Shown: piece by piece, positions 1 through 12,400 of the stretch
How positions within the stretch are numbered: position 1 is the first letter of the stretch
Layout: every line of letters begins with the position of its first letter
Source: Eledone cirrhosa
Lineage: Eukaryota
DNA: 64,000 nt
Assembly: GCA_964016885.1 (NCBI GenBank)
Contig: OZ024743.1
Coordinates: 192,262,001 to 192,326,000, forward strand
Reading direction: 5' to 3'
Notes under the pieces: generated by a model
What the model was told of the DNA's origin: nothing
Seen by the model: the letters and a program-made list of their open reading frames with translations, nothing else
Database searches by the model: none
Position numbers and translations under genes: made by a program

Positions 1-59
1 CTTCTAGAAAAGGAGCGAGATAGTGATAAAGAGGAAGTGAGAAAGAAATATAGATGAAG

Positions 60-150
60 AATTAATGCCAGTACTAGACTGGTACATTTTTATCAACCCC
101 AAAATGATAAAAGACCAAGTTGACCTCAGTGGGATTTAAGCACAGAGAAC
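60..150 (-). mobile_element. Degenerate tRNA-derived SINE fragment (same family as 43680-43881)
   Basis: ctggtacatttttatcaaccccaaaatgataaaag...gttgacctcagtgggatttaa matches the reverse complement of the SINE core and B box. Confidence 0.6.
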
Positions 151-204
151 CAGAATGAATACTACATTCTAATAACTAACAATTTGCCATCTAGAAGCAT
201 ATTT

Positions 205-420
205 ATTGTATTCTAGATTTTACGGGCAAAACCAACAAGCAGGAGGCCCAGAAGTAAACCCTGAGCAAGATGATTGGATAACATCCATGAGCTTGGCTGA
301 TCTCACCTGGGGATCCAGCAAGAACAATTTGAGACAGTTGCTTCTGAAAGGACCTGCTGGAAGGTGTGTTTGAGTACACTGCTCCTACAACCCTCCCAGG
401 AATAATTGGCCGAAGAAGTA
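205..420 (+). mobile_element. 3' end of an RTE-clade LINE (family C)
   Basis: Aligns by eye with 29715-29870 (ggataacatccatga...ggggatccagc...tgctggaagg...ccctcccaggaataa, followed by gaagaag). Confidence 0.65.
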
Positions 421-759
421 TTCTAAATAATTTTTGTTTATTTTCTATTACATGATTAATATATATGCATATGCAGTAAATGATAGGCAAGAAAAAAATG
501 CACTTGTTTCTATCTTTAGAACAGTTTTAGTGTGTTACTTGGATATCTTTGGGAAACCACGATATATATGACAGATGTCTGAGGAATTAAACATACTCCT
601 AATATTGGATTATCTCTTTTTTCAATTACTCATGCCTTCAGTATACTCAACCAAATTAATTCATTAGTTACCTGCTTACATATTATTATAGATTTATTTA
701 ACTATTTCAAATACAACAAACTGATGATGAAAATTTGCAAATTTAACAATATAGTTAGC

Positions 760-1320
760 AGATCAGACAGAGTTTATCAGAACTCAGTTCCCAGCCCCTT
801 CCTGCTTATTATAGTCCGCCAGGCCATAACAAAGGGGTTTAAGGCAGCTTATCCATGGGAACTCCTGTATACTGATGATCTATCCCTTATAGCAGAATCT
901 GTAGAAGAATTAGCAAATTCCTGATATGGAAGCAAAATCTGGAATCAAAAGGCCTCACAGCAAATGTAGCAAAGAATAAAGACTTAATAAATAGGAAAGA
1001 AGACAGTGTCATGTTAACATCAGAGAAAAAATTGTGAGTAATAAGTAAAAAAGGAGTAGGTAACAACTCCATATGGTATTCCAAATGTATAAAATAGATG
1101 CACAAGAAGTGTAGTGGTATAACAAGGAGGCTGACATAGAAAGGAGTATATGATATGCTTAAAGAGTCGTCAACAGTGAGAGAAAATGTGAGAAAAAACT
1201 CCAACAAAGACTCAGGCTCACTAGAAGTAGGTGATAGCCTTTAATACACAGTGGAGGATGGTGCACAAAAAGCATAATAGCCAAAGTGAGAACAGAGTTG
1301 AAAAAGTTCAGTGAATTGTT
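760..1320 (+). pseudogene. Old degenerate RTE RT fragment
   Basis: Translates to SPFLLIIVRQAITKGFKAAYPWELLYTDDL, the degenerate LLYADDL region; frameshifted. Confidence 0.8.
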
Positions 1321-1330
1321 ACCGCTACCA

Positions 1331-2439
1331 CTTAGAAAACAGAACTCAGATCCCCTCAGGGAAATGGCCTTGCTCAGTATGTAGGAAAGGTGTAGGTAGG
1401 AACTCCATTCTCTGCCCCAAATGCAAACAATGGGTACACAAGAGATGTAGCGGGATCTCAGGAAGCTTAATTAAGAATGTAGGCTTCACATGCAGCAGCT
1501 GTGCTGGGACAGCAAACAGCCACAGGAAACAAGTACCACCAATCTCTGGGAGGGCTCTGTAGAAACAGTAGACAGCTTCTGCTACCTAGGTGACCGAATT
1601 AGCAGCAGAGGTGGGTGTTCAGAAAGTACAATAACTAGGGTAAGAATGGGATGGAAGAAGTTTAGGGAACTACTACCACTGCTAGCTGCAAAAGGCTTCT
1701 CCCTCAGAATGAAAGGCAGACTGTATGATGCGTGTATCCGAACAGCAATGCTATATGGTAGTGAGCCCTGGGCACTGTGTGTAGAAGACTTGCATAGATT
1801 AGAAAGAAACGAAGCTTGCTTACTCTGATGGATGTGTAATAGTAATATACGTGAACGGCAAAGCATAAATGAATTGAGAGAGAGACTGAGCATAAGAGGA
1901 ATCAAATGCTGTGTTGCAGGAGAGGCGGTTGCGCTGGTATGGACATGTGATGCGTATGAAGGATGACAGCTGCATAAAAAGGTGCAGAGTACTAGAAGTT
2001 GATGGAAACCGCGGAGTGGGGAGACCCAAGATGACCTGGGATGAAGTGATAAAAGCCGACCTTACCCAATTACACCTCTCAAAGGCAATGACACACGACC
2101 GTGACCTCTCGCGTCATGCAGTAATACAGAGTACCCGACCTCCCATCGGTACAAGCTGAAGCATATAGACAATATGCCCCCACACCCCACAGCAAAAAAG
2201 CACCCAGCCCACACTGTAAAGTGGACGTGTAGGTGCCACGAAAAAGCACCCAGCACTCACTGTAAATGAGGTTGGTGTTAGGAAGGGCATCCAGCTGTAG
2301 AAATCAAGCCAAATCAGTTCCTGTATGAGCAAGGCATGGTCAGCCGACCAGACACTGCCCACAACAGGACAACTCGTCTAACCCATGCTAGCGTGGAAGA
2401 ACGGACGTAAAACGGTGATGATGATGATGATGATGATGA
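1331..2439 (+). mobile_element. 5'-truncated RTE LINE, family A (PHD-like finger, RT C-terminus, 3' UTR, (GAT)n tail)
   Basis: ORFs give WPCSVCRKGVGRNSILCPKCKQWVHKRC, VDSFCYLGD, AMLYGSEPW, RRLRWYGHV and GRPKMTW; 3' UTR has ~47-bp repeats, aggaagggcatccag and a gatgatgat tail. Confidence 0.95.
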
Positions 2440-2770
2440 CCACCCTTGCAAGCAGGGAAAAGCAGACATAATGATGATGATGATGACTAGCAACGTTTCT
2501 CTGTCAGAGTGAAAGTCAGATTGCATGGTGTTTGTGTAAGAATTGTCATAATGCATGATTGTGAGATGTGGGCTATAAATACAGAGGATTTGTGAAGACT
2601 GAAAAGAAACAAAGCAATCATGTTCTGTTGAATGTGTAACATTAGTGTGCATGAACAACAGAGCACAATTGAAAGAGAGAAAAGCTGTATATATGAGGAA
2701 TCAGATAAAGCATGCAAGAGAGATACAGATGTGTGATACATATGATGGGTACTAGTTGTATTAATAGTGC
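2440..2770 (+). mobile_element. Further degenerate RTE pieces (tail plus RT C-terminal fragment)
   Basis: cttgcaagcagggaaaag...gatgatg tail, then decayed homology to the LYGSETW/RLERNE region. Confidence 0.65.
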
Positions 2771-2915
2771 CAAGCACTTAAAGTATAAGGAACATCTGGA
2801 TGACTTAATGCCTGGCAATGCACTGTGCAGGAGACCCACCTACTGAAGCAAGCATGGTGAAATCATTAAGATTGTGGAAATGGAAGTTGGATGTATCAGG
2901 CCTTTCACCCACTAC

Positions 2916-3494
2916 TCAGACTCAGACGCTCCCGCGTCTTGCACGCATGAGGCAATCATAGTGTTCCATCGCGTTCGGTACGCAGCCAGTTGCACAGCGT
3001 CCCGCCATTGTCTGTTTGTCGCTCGCAGGTCCCTCTCAACTGTCTGGCGCCAGTTCATTTTGGGTCACCCTCTCCGTCTGCTTCCCTGCGGGCTCCATTT
3101 AAGTACTTGGTTCGCCAGTCTCTCCGGGGGAAGTCTCAAAGCATGTACAAACCAGCCCAGGCGTCGCTTGCAGATGGTAGAAGAGACTAGCTGCTGGTTG
3201 GTGCAGTTCCTGACTTCCTGGTTTGTTACATGGTCACTCCATTTAATCCCCAGGATCTTTCGCAGACACCTGGAATCGAATGCGTCCAACTTCTTCTCTT
3301 GGCTGGTCTTAAGGTGCCATGTTTCACTTCCGTACAAGAGTGTGGACAGCACGTTGCTGTTGTAGAATCTCATCTTTGTTTTGAGGGTGAACTTCCTGCT
3401 CTTCCAGATCTTGTCAAGCTGGTTAACAATGAGGGCACCATGGACAGTGAACTGCAATGTAGAATGGGAAAGGCTTCAGCAGCATTTAACCAGC
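2916..3494 (-). mobile_element. 5'-truncated, 5'-inverted RTE LINE (family B) with 12-bp TSD
   Basis: Minus ORF: STLLYGSETW...RCLRKILGIKWSDHVTNQEV...RRLGWFVH. Segment ~3424-3496 is inverted. TSD ttcacccactac at 2904-2915 and 3495-3506. Confidence 0.9.
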
Positions 3495-4269
3495 TTCACC
3501 CACTACACTTCTGTTAAATTCTCATCTATGGTTCTATGTGCTAACCACCCATCTCTCGTTCTCCGCTCTAGAGAGGATACCTGCTTTGTCTGTATTCAAC
3601 TAGTCCTCATCTCTATCTTACTATTTATCTTTAACACTACACTGCGTCTACCTAAATCTCGCTACCACAACTATCACTACACCCTTACCATTATCACATC
3701 CATTAACATTAACATCACTACCTCTCTTACCTTCACCTTCTACCACGACACTGGTACTAATTATGATGGATGGAAAAAGTACCCAGTCCACCCTGTAATA
3801 AATGTTAAATGGTGATAATGATGATTCTGCCTTTCATCACCAACCTTTTGCCACTACACCAAATTCCCATCATGACACCTATATACTGAAAGAAGGCATA
3901 TCTCTTCATATTCGGTATCATCACTCTCCCTCTACTGCCAGCTATCATTATCTCTCTCTCCCTCAATAACATTGAGCCTGAGCCTCTTCATTTAACCCAT
4001 CACAATACCAACCATTATCATCATCATCATCATCATGTGTTTTAGATGTCATCCAAAACTATCACCATAACGCTTTTCTGACAGAGTTGCTAAAGTGTCA
4101 GATAGAATGCTGTGCAGTATTTCTTCTGGCTCTCTGCACTCTAACTTCAAATCCTGCAGAGGCCAACTTTGCAGTTCATCATTTTGGGGTGGTTTCTTCT
4201 CCTCAGGTTTTCCTGTTAGTGGATATTGCAGGTAGTTGTTGGATATTGCTGGGATACCATACTTCTGCA

Positions 4270-4790
4270 GCTGTGAAACAACTGCAGGAGTACTTAGCTA
4301 AGAGTAGGCCCCTTTGCCTCACATCTGTTGATCTGAAGAAAGCATTTGACAGGATACCTCACTCTGTAATCTGGAGAGTTCTTAGGAAATTAAGAGTGGA
4401 TGAATGACTTGTTATGGCCATACATTCTTTGAACAAACATGCTGTCAGCAGCATTTGAATTTACAATGAATATTACAATAAATTTAGAATGCAAGTGGAG
4501 GTTTATTATAGTCTTCTAGACTAATGGAGGATGTTAAGATGGGTTGCCTGTGGAAACTTCTATCTGCTGATGACTTAGTTCTTATAGCAGACTCTCCATC
4601 AGAATTAGAAAAGAAATTCCAGATATGGAAGCAAAACCTGGAATCAGGGAAATGAATGGGTATGATCAATATGCAGAAAAACAAAAAAAGGTAGCAGGAT
4701 CTTGTGTAAGCTAACAAAGAATGTAGGCTTTGTATATGGCAGATGCACAGGAGAAGTAAGCAATGCAGATGCACAGAAGTAAATAGCAAG
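4270..4790 (+). pseudogene. Degenerate RTE RT fragment
   Basis: QLQEYLAKSRPL..VDLKKAFDRIPHSVIWRVLRKL and LLSADDLVLIA motifs. Confidence 0.8.
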
Positions 4791-4799
4791 AGTACACGT

Positions 4800-5110
4800 G
4801 AAAAGGAAAGACCTAGGAAAATATGGCGAGCGAAGGCTAACTTCACAAAGGAAATGATATAAGGTCGAGGTGACTGGCGATTGGCCATACGGCAAAAGGA
4901 TGGAATGAATTTGGGGGAGGATCATGGTGTAAACGTTGAGATACACCCTCTCACTTCTGTTGGCGTTAGGAAGGGCATCAGCTATAGAAACCATGCCAAC
5001 ATGGAATGTATGAGCAGGATGTGATCATCTGACCTCTCTAGTCTCTGAACGTGACAACTTGTCTAACCAATTCCAGCATGAAAAACGGGCGTGAAACGTT
5101 GATGATGATG
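4800..5110 (+). mobile_element. RTE-type 3' end with (GAT)n tail
   Basis: GRPRKIW-like codons, ggcgttaggaagggcatca motif, then aaacgttgatgatgatg. Confidence 0.7.
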
Positions 5111-5127
5111 ATTATATGTGTGTTACA

Positions 5128-5285
5128 AATAATGGTTTCTGATTTAGGCAAAATGCCAACAATTTGCGAGAGACAGAGTCGATTAAATCAATCCAGTGCA
5201 TTACTGGTACTCTATTTTATCGACCCCGTAAGGATGAAAGGCAAAGCTAACCTCGGCGGGGTTTGAACTCAGAATGTAAAGGACC
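5128..5285 (-). mobile_element. tRNA-derived SINE (Meta/MESC-like core)
   Basis: ctggtactctattttatcgaccccgtaaggatgaaaggcaaag core plus B box tttgaactc (reverse complement). Confidence 0.85.
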
Positions 5286-5358
5286 GTGTGTAAAAAATAA
5301 TGACATTATAAGGAGTACACAGAACTCCAGAGTAACAACACTCAAACTTGGCTTTAAT

Positions 5359-5359
<1 letters not shown>

Positions 5360-5421
<62 letters not shown>

Positions 5422-5475
5422 TGAAGATATAAACATATATACTACGTTTATAAATAATAAACATGACTACCGCCG

Positions 5476-5571
<96 letters not shown>
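5360..5571. repeat. Compound microsatellites (TG)n/(TA)n/(GA)n and long (TA)n
   Basis: Read directly from the sequence. Confidence 0.95.
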
Positions 5572-5574
<3 letters not shown>

Positions 5575-7097
5575 CGAGTCTATAACCTATAAGTCGATGG
5601 ACCTGTTGCTATGTTTTTAAAAAATCAATAATTTATCTTCACCACCCCACAGTGTATAGTTAGCTCCCTTTGCTTCTATTTTGCATATATTTGTAAGCAG
5701 GTTATGCTTTCGAGTATCGATAAAATAAATATAAATAATATAATTAAGCCACAATTGAACCGACCATTTTCCTTATATGTAATTTAAGCAGTGAAACAAT
5801 TATAGAAATTAATATTTTCTCTAGAACTATACAGAAATGATAGAAATAAAAAAAAGCAGAAAGTAGCATGAACTTATTTATATACAGTACGTCCGTCGAA
5901 ACATATTTCAATGAGAAGTGTTCAATTTGTAAACAAACTTTCGTAGCAACCCTATCTCTATTTATCTACCTCTTTAACATACTCTCATTCATTTTTCCTC
6001 GTAAATGAGTAAAAGTGGTGTATAGGAAAGAATTATAGTCACATATACTTTTTTTTTTTAATTGCTAAGTTTTCAAAAAAGAAATGAACAAAAAATACTG
6101 GAAACAAAAATATTGTTGAAAGAAGATTATTATTAATCATGTCTGAAACTCCGCCAAAATAATATAGAATATTAACAAGGTGTTTTACCTGTCTTGGTGT
6201 TGAATATCCCATAAACAAATTGGTCTCATTTTTGTGACTTGCCAAGAACTAACTGTTAGGCTTAGTTACCACGCATGCGCATTAACATTTTTTTAACTCT
6301 AGCCGCTAGAAGTTGCTGTATAGTTAAAAAAAAAATTTAAAAAAAGGTGATTGTTGAGTTATCGTCAAGCCAACAAAGTGAAGCTTCGTATGATTGTTCA
6401 ACCTGCTACACATAAGGCCAAATTCCCTCAAATATCATTCAATGACAACAATAATTATCGTGCTAATGCTAGAGCCTCCCCGCAGCCACTCAACCTGCTA
6501 GAAATAGCAGCAAAATCTCCCTTAAGTCACACTCCACCGTTTAATAAAATTAAGCACGCATAAGATAATGTAATTATACAAACACAGTGTCAAAAACAAT
6601 TACGGGGTGTTCACAGTCAAGATATCGTTAATCGTAGGTCTGTTGGCATTGAAATGAACATTAAAAATTCTACCATGTCACTACAAGCCACCATTTACGT
6701 TTTCAACCACACAAGTTCAAAATATTAACAGTGTTACTCGAAGATAAGCATTTTCCGTTGACGGCGTGTTTAAATAGGAGAAAGGTTGTTTAATTACGTT
6801 AGTTTTAATATGTACAAAAGAGAGTTGCCTCCCCTAGTGTAAAGAAAGTTTACCAGTATGAATAAATTTCTTTCAGAAAGGCAATCATCAGCATCATTAT
6901 CATCATCATCGTCCGCTTTTCCCTGCTTGCAATATAGTTCAATTTTAAGATTTAATTACAATTCATTTTAAATTAAATTTTTATATTATAAATCTTCTAT
7001 TTATCAAAATATCAGTCACTGCCAATTATAGTAGATTGAAGATATTAGGTTTATTGCACCTAATATTCATTTTATTAATTTGTATAAAAAAGGAATA

Positions 7098-7285
7098 TAA
7101 TTGTTTCTACTTTTGGCACAAGGCCAGCAATTATTCCAGTGTATTACTGATACTTTATTTTATCGACCCCATAAGGATGAAAGGCAAAGTTAACCTCGGT
7201 GGGATTTGAACTCAGATAATAAAGGGACGTAACTCTTTGCTGCAAAGCATGGCGTCCGACCCTCTACCAATACAGCCAATCAATC
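7098..7285 (-). mobile_element. tRNA-derived SINE, full length
   Basis: Complete head (A and B boxes), core and tgtgccaaaagtagaaacaatt end on the minus strand. Confidence 0.9.
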
Positions 7286-7304
7286 CAAAGAAATATAATG
7301 ATAC

Positions 7305-8026
7305 AATACGACCAGCACCGCCTTGCTTGTTTTCGTGCGGCCTCCAAACCCCACAGTGGTGCCTGGCTCCATGCCCTGCCCTCCTCCACTGGCACGCAGC
7401 TAGACAACCATAGCCTGCGAATTGACGTCCGGGTCTGCCAGCCACACCAATGTCGCTGCGGTTCCACCGTGGACTCTTTCGGCCTCCACCCGCTTTCCTG
7501 TCTCCACAGTGCCGGCCGCATTCCACGCCATGTTGCCCTCCACGAGGTCATTAAGCATGGCTTGGACGCTGCAGGCTTCTCTTCCTAGCTCGAGCCGGTG
7601 GGGCTGAATCGAGGGGACGGCAAAAGGCCAGATGGCATGACCATCTTCCCATTCCGCGGTGGCAAACCCGTCGTCTGGGATACCACTTGCACCGACACTT
7701 TCTGCAGCTGCAACCTGGCGCAGTCTGCGACTGACCCAGGTTCTGCTGCACGTCGGGCTGAAGGGGACAAACTCCTCAAATACCGGTTGCTCTCCGACAG
7801 GTTTGCGGTCGTACCCTTGGCAGTGGAGACTTCTGGTGTCCTCGGCCCCAGGGCTACCTCCTTACTCACCACCATAGGCGCTGAGCTGGCCAGCCGCAGG
7901 TGTGAGCCCCGCGAGTTGGAGTGGCTTTTCCAGCGCGTCTCCCTTGCGTCCTCCGGGGAAACGTCTTCTCCATTTTGCCCGCCGGAGCTGTGGGTGGGCC
8001 CCATCGTGTACCAATACATTAGTTAA
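7305..8026 (+). mobile_element. CRE-clade non-LTR retrotransposon 3' fragment (zinc knuckle plus restriction-like endonuclease)
   Basis: SGAWLHALP, CRCGSTVDSFGLHPLSC, RH, KRPDGMTIFPFRGGKPVVWDTTC, KLLKY, VPLAVETSG and WLFQRVS. Confidence 0.88.
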
Positions 8027-8059
8027 ATACCATTCTTTTATCTGATATAACACCAATAT

Positions 8060-8690
8060 ATATTTTTAGACATTACAAATCGTTTGCAATTCTTTCAGAA
8101 TGAAAATATAAACAGAGCATATAAATAAATCTACAGTAGAATAACATATTAAATATATACATAAATAACATTACAAATGCTTCGATAAGATTATAAATAG
8201 CTCGCGATTCTTTCAGAAAGATATATTCTTTTAATGTTGCAATATTAAAGAAAATGTAAAGGAAGGAGTGAACAACCGAGCCAACACCAGAGCAAAAGAC
8301 AGCAGCGTCGCGAGGAGTACTGGGCAACCTCTCTAATGATTTTTGAGGCAAGCCAGCACACTCGCAGCGTTGCCTTGGTTTATGGCGAGGCTGATGCGCT
8401 GGAACAGCCAAACGCCCTCGCGAGATTCGCCAGTTACCTCTATTAGACGAGCCGCCAGTGAAGAGAGGAACCTCGCAGTCAGCGGCCCGACTCCCCCAAA
8501 CGTCTCGAAAGCCACAAACTGAAAAATGTAGCTGGCCGACAGATCAGAGTATTTGAGGTTCTTACTCCGCTGGGCTGCGGAAGCTGTGGCTCTCGTCCTA
8601 ACCGCAGCATCTAGGATGTGGGAAAGAGCAAAAGAGTCACTAACTGTGACGTCCCAGACAAGGCACCTGCTTCTCGACCAGGGGCACAGG
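8060..8690 (-). mobile_element. CRE-clade 3' fragment (second subfamily), convergent with the previous one
   Basis: CLVWDVTVSD...KNLKYSDL..FVAFETFGGVG...WLFQRISLAINQGNAASVL followed by an AT-rich 3' UTR. Confidence 0.85.
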
Positions 8691-11472
8691 CAATGGTGGA
8701 TTAACAATATAAGCAAAGTAAACACGTGCTTAGGGCATCAAAGGAAAAAGGGGCACCTCAAAAAAATTTTATATGATGAATTTACAGTTTAAATTATTAA
8801 ATTAATTAATTGTATAGCAATTTTCAAAATGAAATAAGAAATGAATAAATTCGATATAAACATAGTTGTTCATTTCAGTTTATTTGTTAATCTCAGTTTT
8901 TCAGACGTTTATCTTTAGAAATTTTTCTGAAACTCCAATGTATTCTTGTTCAATTTTAAAATGGCTACATGCTTGTTGAAATGATGTTTTTTAAGGTTTA
9001 TGAATATAGCACCAGCTGAAAGATTTTTGAGACTCCCAATCCCAACTAACCAAGGTTTATTTTCTGCTTCTTTTTATTAACAATTCTGTTCATTAGGGTT
9101 TTTTAGTTTTTTACAAATTTTTTTTTTAACTTGAACCTTTTAATATTGTAGATTCTATATAAAAAATAATTGTCATTTGTGTTCTAGATTATCTGCTATA
9201 TAGTATAACTTATTTATTTCTACATAATTTTTTTTTTTTTTTTAAAGTTTTTATCTGAACAAACTCAAGCTTTAATTTTATAATTGTATTTGCTGATTGT
9301 TTATTTGGGTTCACACCGTCCTTTTTCAAATCTAACCATTCAAATCTAATTAACAGATCCCAAAATCCAAGATAAAACGCATTCAGTTAAATGGGGCACA
9401 AAAACGAAAACTTTCAAACAAGAAACAAGAAAAAGCTTCGGAATTAGATTGCAAGACAGCAAAGCTGACTAATTTTTTCTCACATGTTCCACAACATGAT
9501 TTACAGATTCCAGGTCAAAACCGATATACGTTATTAGAAGTAGACATGAATACGGCAAATACAACTTTGATTACTTCAGAATCAAAATATGATGACATTA
9601 GAAGTACCGAGATGTCGCAAGCATGTCATCCAGCACATGTCTCACAACTGATCTTACTTTGCCTGTGAATTATCTTTATTCGGATACCTCTACTGCAAAT
9701 GATGATAGGGCTCAAATAATTGCTGAAAATGGAAGTTTAGAGCACTGTGACAATGGCGGTGAAATTAATTTGCCTGTAAAAAATGAAGAAAATTACAATT
9801 TAGCGAACGATCCAGGAATGTGGCTTGATTTCTCTACTCGTGATATAGCTTATTGGATTACTTGTGAACCGGTATTTGTCAACACCACAACGGGCCATTT
9901 GAAAAGTCTTACCGTCATTTTAGTAGTGGCAAACCAGTAAGGTATTGCTCACAGAAACTTTTTATTGGGACAAAAGCTAATGGTGAAAAATACAAGAGAG
10001 TGGTTACTCTATTCACCATCAAGAGGATCAGTTTATTGTTTTGTTTGTAAACTGTTTGCTCGTGAAAAAAATTCAATTTTTGTTTCAAGAGAAGGGTTCA
10101 GTGATTGGCGCAATACTATTGTAATTGAAAAGCATGAGAAAAGCATTATTCACCGAGACTCTTTGCTGGCATATTTAACTCGCAGGCAAGATGCGGGGTT
10201 AAAGTCAGATTTGGAGAAACAAATTCATGAAGAGTGCAATTACTGGGAACACGTTTTGAGGCGTGTCGTAGCTGTTATTTGTACGTTAGCTGAACGTGGC
10301 TTGCCTTTTCGAGGAAGTGAAGAGATGTTTGGATCGTTGCAAATGGGAATTTTTTAGGGCTGCTTGAACTCATAAGCCAGTTTGATTTAATTTTAGCAGG
10401 CCACATTTCTAAATATGGAAACTCTGGAAAAGGAAATCCTTCTTACATGTCAAAAACCACTACCGAGGAAATTATTCAACTAATGGCACAAAAGGTCCGT
10501 GAATTCATTATTAACGAAGTTAAATCTTCTGGTTATTTTAGTTTATCCGTTGATTCAACACCAGATTTATCACATAGCGATCAATTGAGTGTTGTATTTA
10601 CAAGATGGACAGCCTATTGAACGATTTTTAACCTTCATCATAATAGAAAACCACACTGGCGAGAATATGGCGAACCAGGTGCTGCTGCATTTACGTGAAG
10701 CTTGTGGGTTAAAGGTTTCAAAATGTAAGGGTCAGACTTATGACAATGCTGCTAACATGTCTGAGCGTTATAAGGAAATGCAGCAAAAAATGTTAGAAAC
10801 AAACAAGTTTGCTATATATGTGCCCTGTGCAGCTCATTCATTAAATCTTGTTGGCCGGAGTGTTGTTGACTGCTGTCAAGAGGCTGTTAATTTTTTCTCT
10901 ACAGTACAGTTACTCTGTAATTTCTTTTCCGCTTCCACTAACCGTTGGAAAATTCTCAAAGATTTTATTAAGAATGAATGTGTCTTGAAATCCCTCTCTG
11001 ATACAAGATGGGAAGCACATGCTATGGCAACAGCAGCAATCTTGAAATCGTTCCCTAAGATTTCTGAGGCATTAGAATTTATAGCCGAAGATCAATCACA
11101 AAAGGGAGACGCTAGAAGAGAGGCAAATAATATTGTTGATAAGATGCAAGAGCTAGAATTCGTTTTTATGTTGATTTTTTGGAATGAGATTTTGCAGAAT
11201 TTTCTCAGAGTAAGCAAAGTTCTACAAAATGAGGATGCGAACTTAAAGACATGTGCAGATCTCTATGTATCATTAGCTGACCAACTGAACACCCCACGAG
11301 ATGAATTTGAAAGATATGAAAAAGAGGCCAAGGAAATTCTTCCAGATGTTGATTACAGGACAACTGCAACTCGCAAACGTATTAGAAAAAAAGTACCCAA
11401 TGACGGAGATACAGCAGAAGTTTATTTAGATGCCAGAGATAAGTTTCGTATCACCACATTTTACACAATTGT
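8691..11472 (+). mobile_element. hAT DNA transposon: left end plus frameshifted transposase (TTF-type zinc finger/DUF4371-like); right part missing
   Basis: Left terminus caatggtggattaac...gtgcttagggc. Coding ~9360-11472: GAQKRK, WLLYSPSRGSVYCFVCKLF, GLPFRG, DSTPD, GQTYDNAANM, YVPCAAHSLNL, SDTRW. Ends at an RTE insertion. Confidence 0.9.
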
Positions 11473-12185
11473 TTAACGTCCATCTTCCACGATTGCATGG
11501 GTTTGGACGGCAATTTTCCCACTTGAGGCAAGATTGGTTGTCTTGCTCGTATAGGACTGTCTGGCGGGTTTTCTACGGCTGGGTGCCCTTCCTAACACCA
11601 ACCACGTTTACAGTGTGGACTGGGAGGTTTTTACCGTGTTACCTATACGGCCACATTACAGCGTGGACTGTGTTTTTTTTTGTCGTGACACCTACACGAC
11701 CTCATTTGTTTCGGACTGGATGTTGTGGTACCAACATAACTTTACATTGAAAGGGGTGGTGTGGATGGGGTGGGGGTAGTGGGACGGGGGTAGACGTGCC
11801 TACTGACTGTAGGTTTCGCTTTGTACTTAGGCAAGACAGGTCTTCTGTATTACTGTGTAGCGCCAAAGATCTCGGTCCAGTGACATTGTCTTGGAGAGGT
11901 GTAAGTGTGTGAGGTTGGAATTTATCAAGTCGTCCCAGGTTTTTCTGGGTCTCCCTACTCCGTGGCTACCGTCTATTTTTATCGCCCTGCACTTTTTTAT
12001 ACAGCTGTCGTCTTTCATGCGCATCACGTGACCGTACTAACGTAGTCTTCTCTCGAACATCTGATCCCTCTTATTCCTAATTTCTCCCTTAGTCGTTTAT
12101 GCTTTGCCGTTCACGTATATTACTATTACACATCCAGCGTCGCATGCAAGCTTCGTTCCTCTCCAGTCTGCGTATATCCTCTGCA
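11470..12185 (-). mobile_element. 5'-truncated RTE LINE (family A relative)
   Basis: Minus ORF MKDDSCIKKC...GRPRKTW, RTE 3' UTR; 5' end abuts (TA)n. Confidence 0.9.
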
Positions 12186-12400
12186 TATATATATATATAT
12201 ATTGTGTTGACTCTGGATAGAAAATATATTAACTTTTCGCACCTTTGAGTGCTTTGAGACACCCTTAAACAATTCGGTAGTATCTGCTATATTGCGGCTA
12301 CAACTTCGATTTATACCTATAATTATTGTTAATCTCTTAGTTTCATGTATTTGATTGATAACGTGTTAATTATTTTTTGTTCATAAACGCTAGTTGAGAG

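Noticed and set aside
6255-6320. NRF1-like acgcatgcgca motif as a promoter of the sulfotransferase
   Set aside because: Single short motif with no exon or transcript evidence
6340-6660. Dispersed repeat sharing acctgctagaaatagcagc with 18825-18860
   Set aside because: Real but short homology; class and boundaries could not be defined
9965-11476. ZMYM1-like host gene
   Set aside because: Frameshifts, no introns, a hAT left terminus and truncation by an RTE indicate a transposase pseudogene
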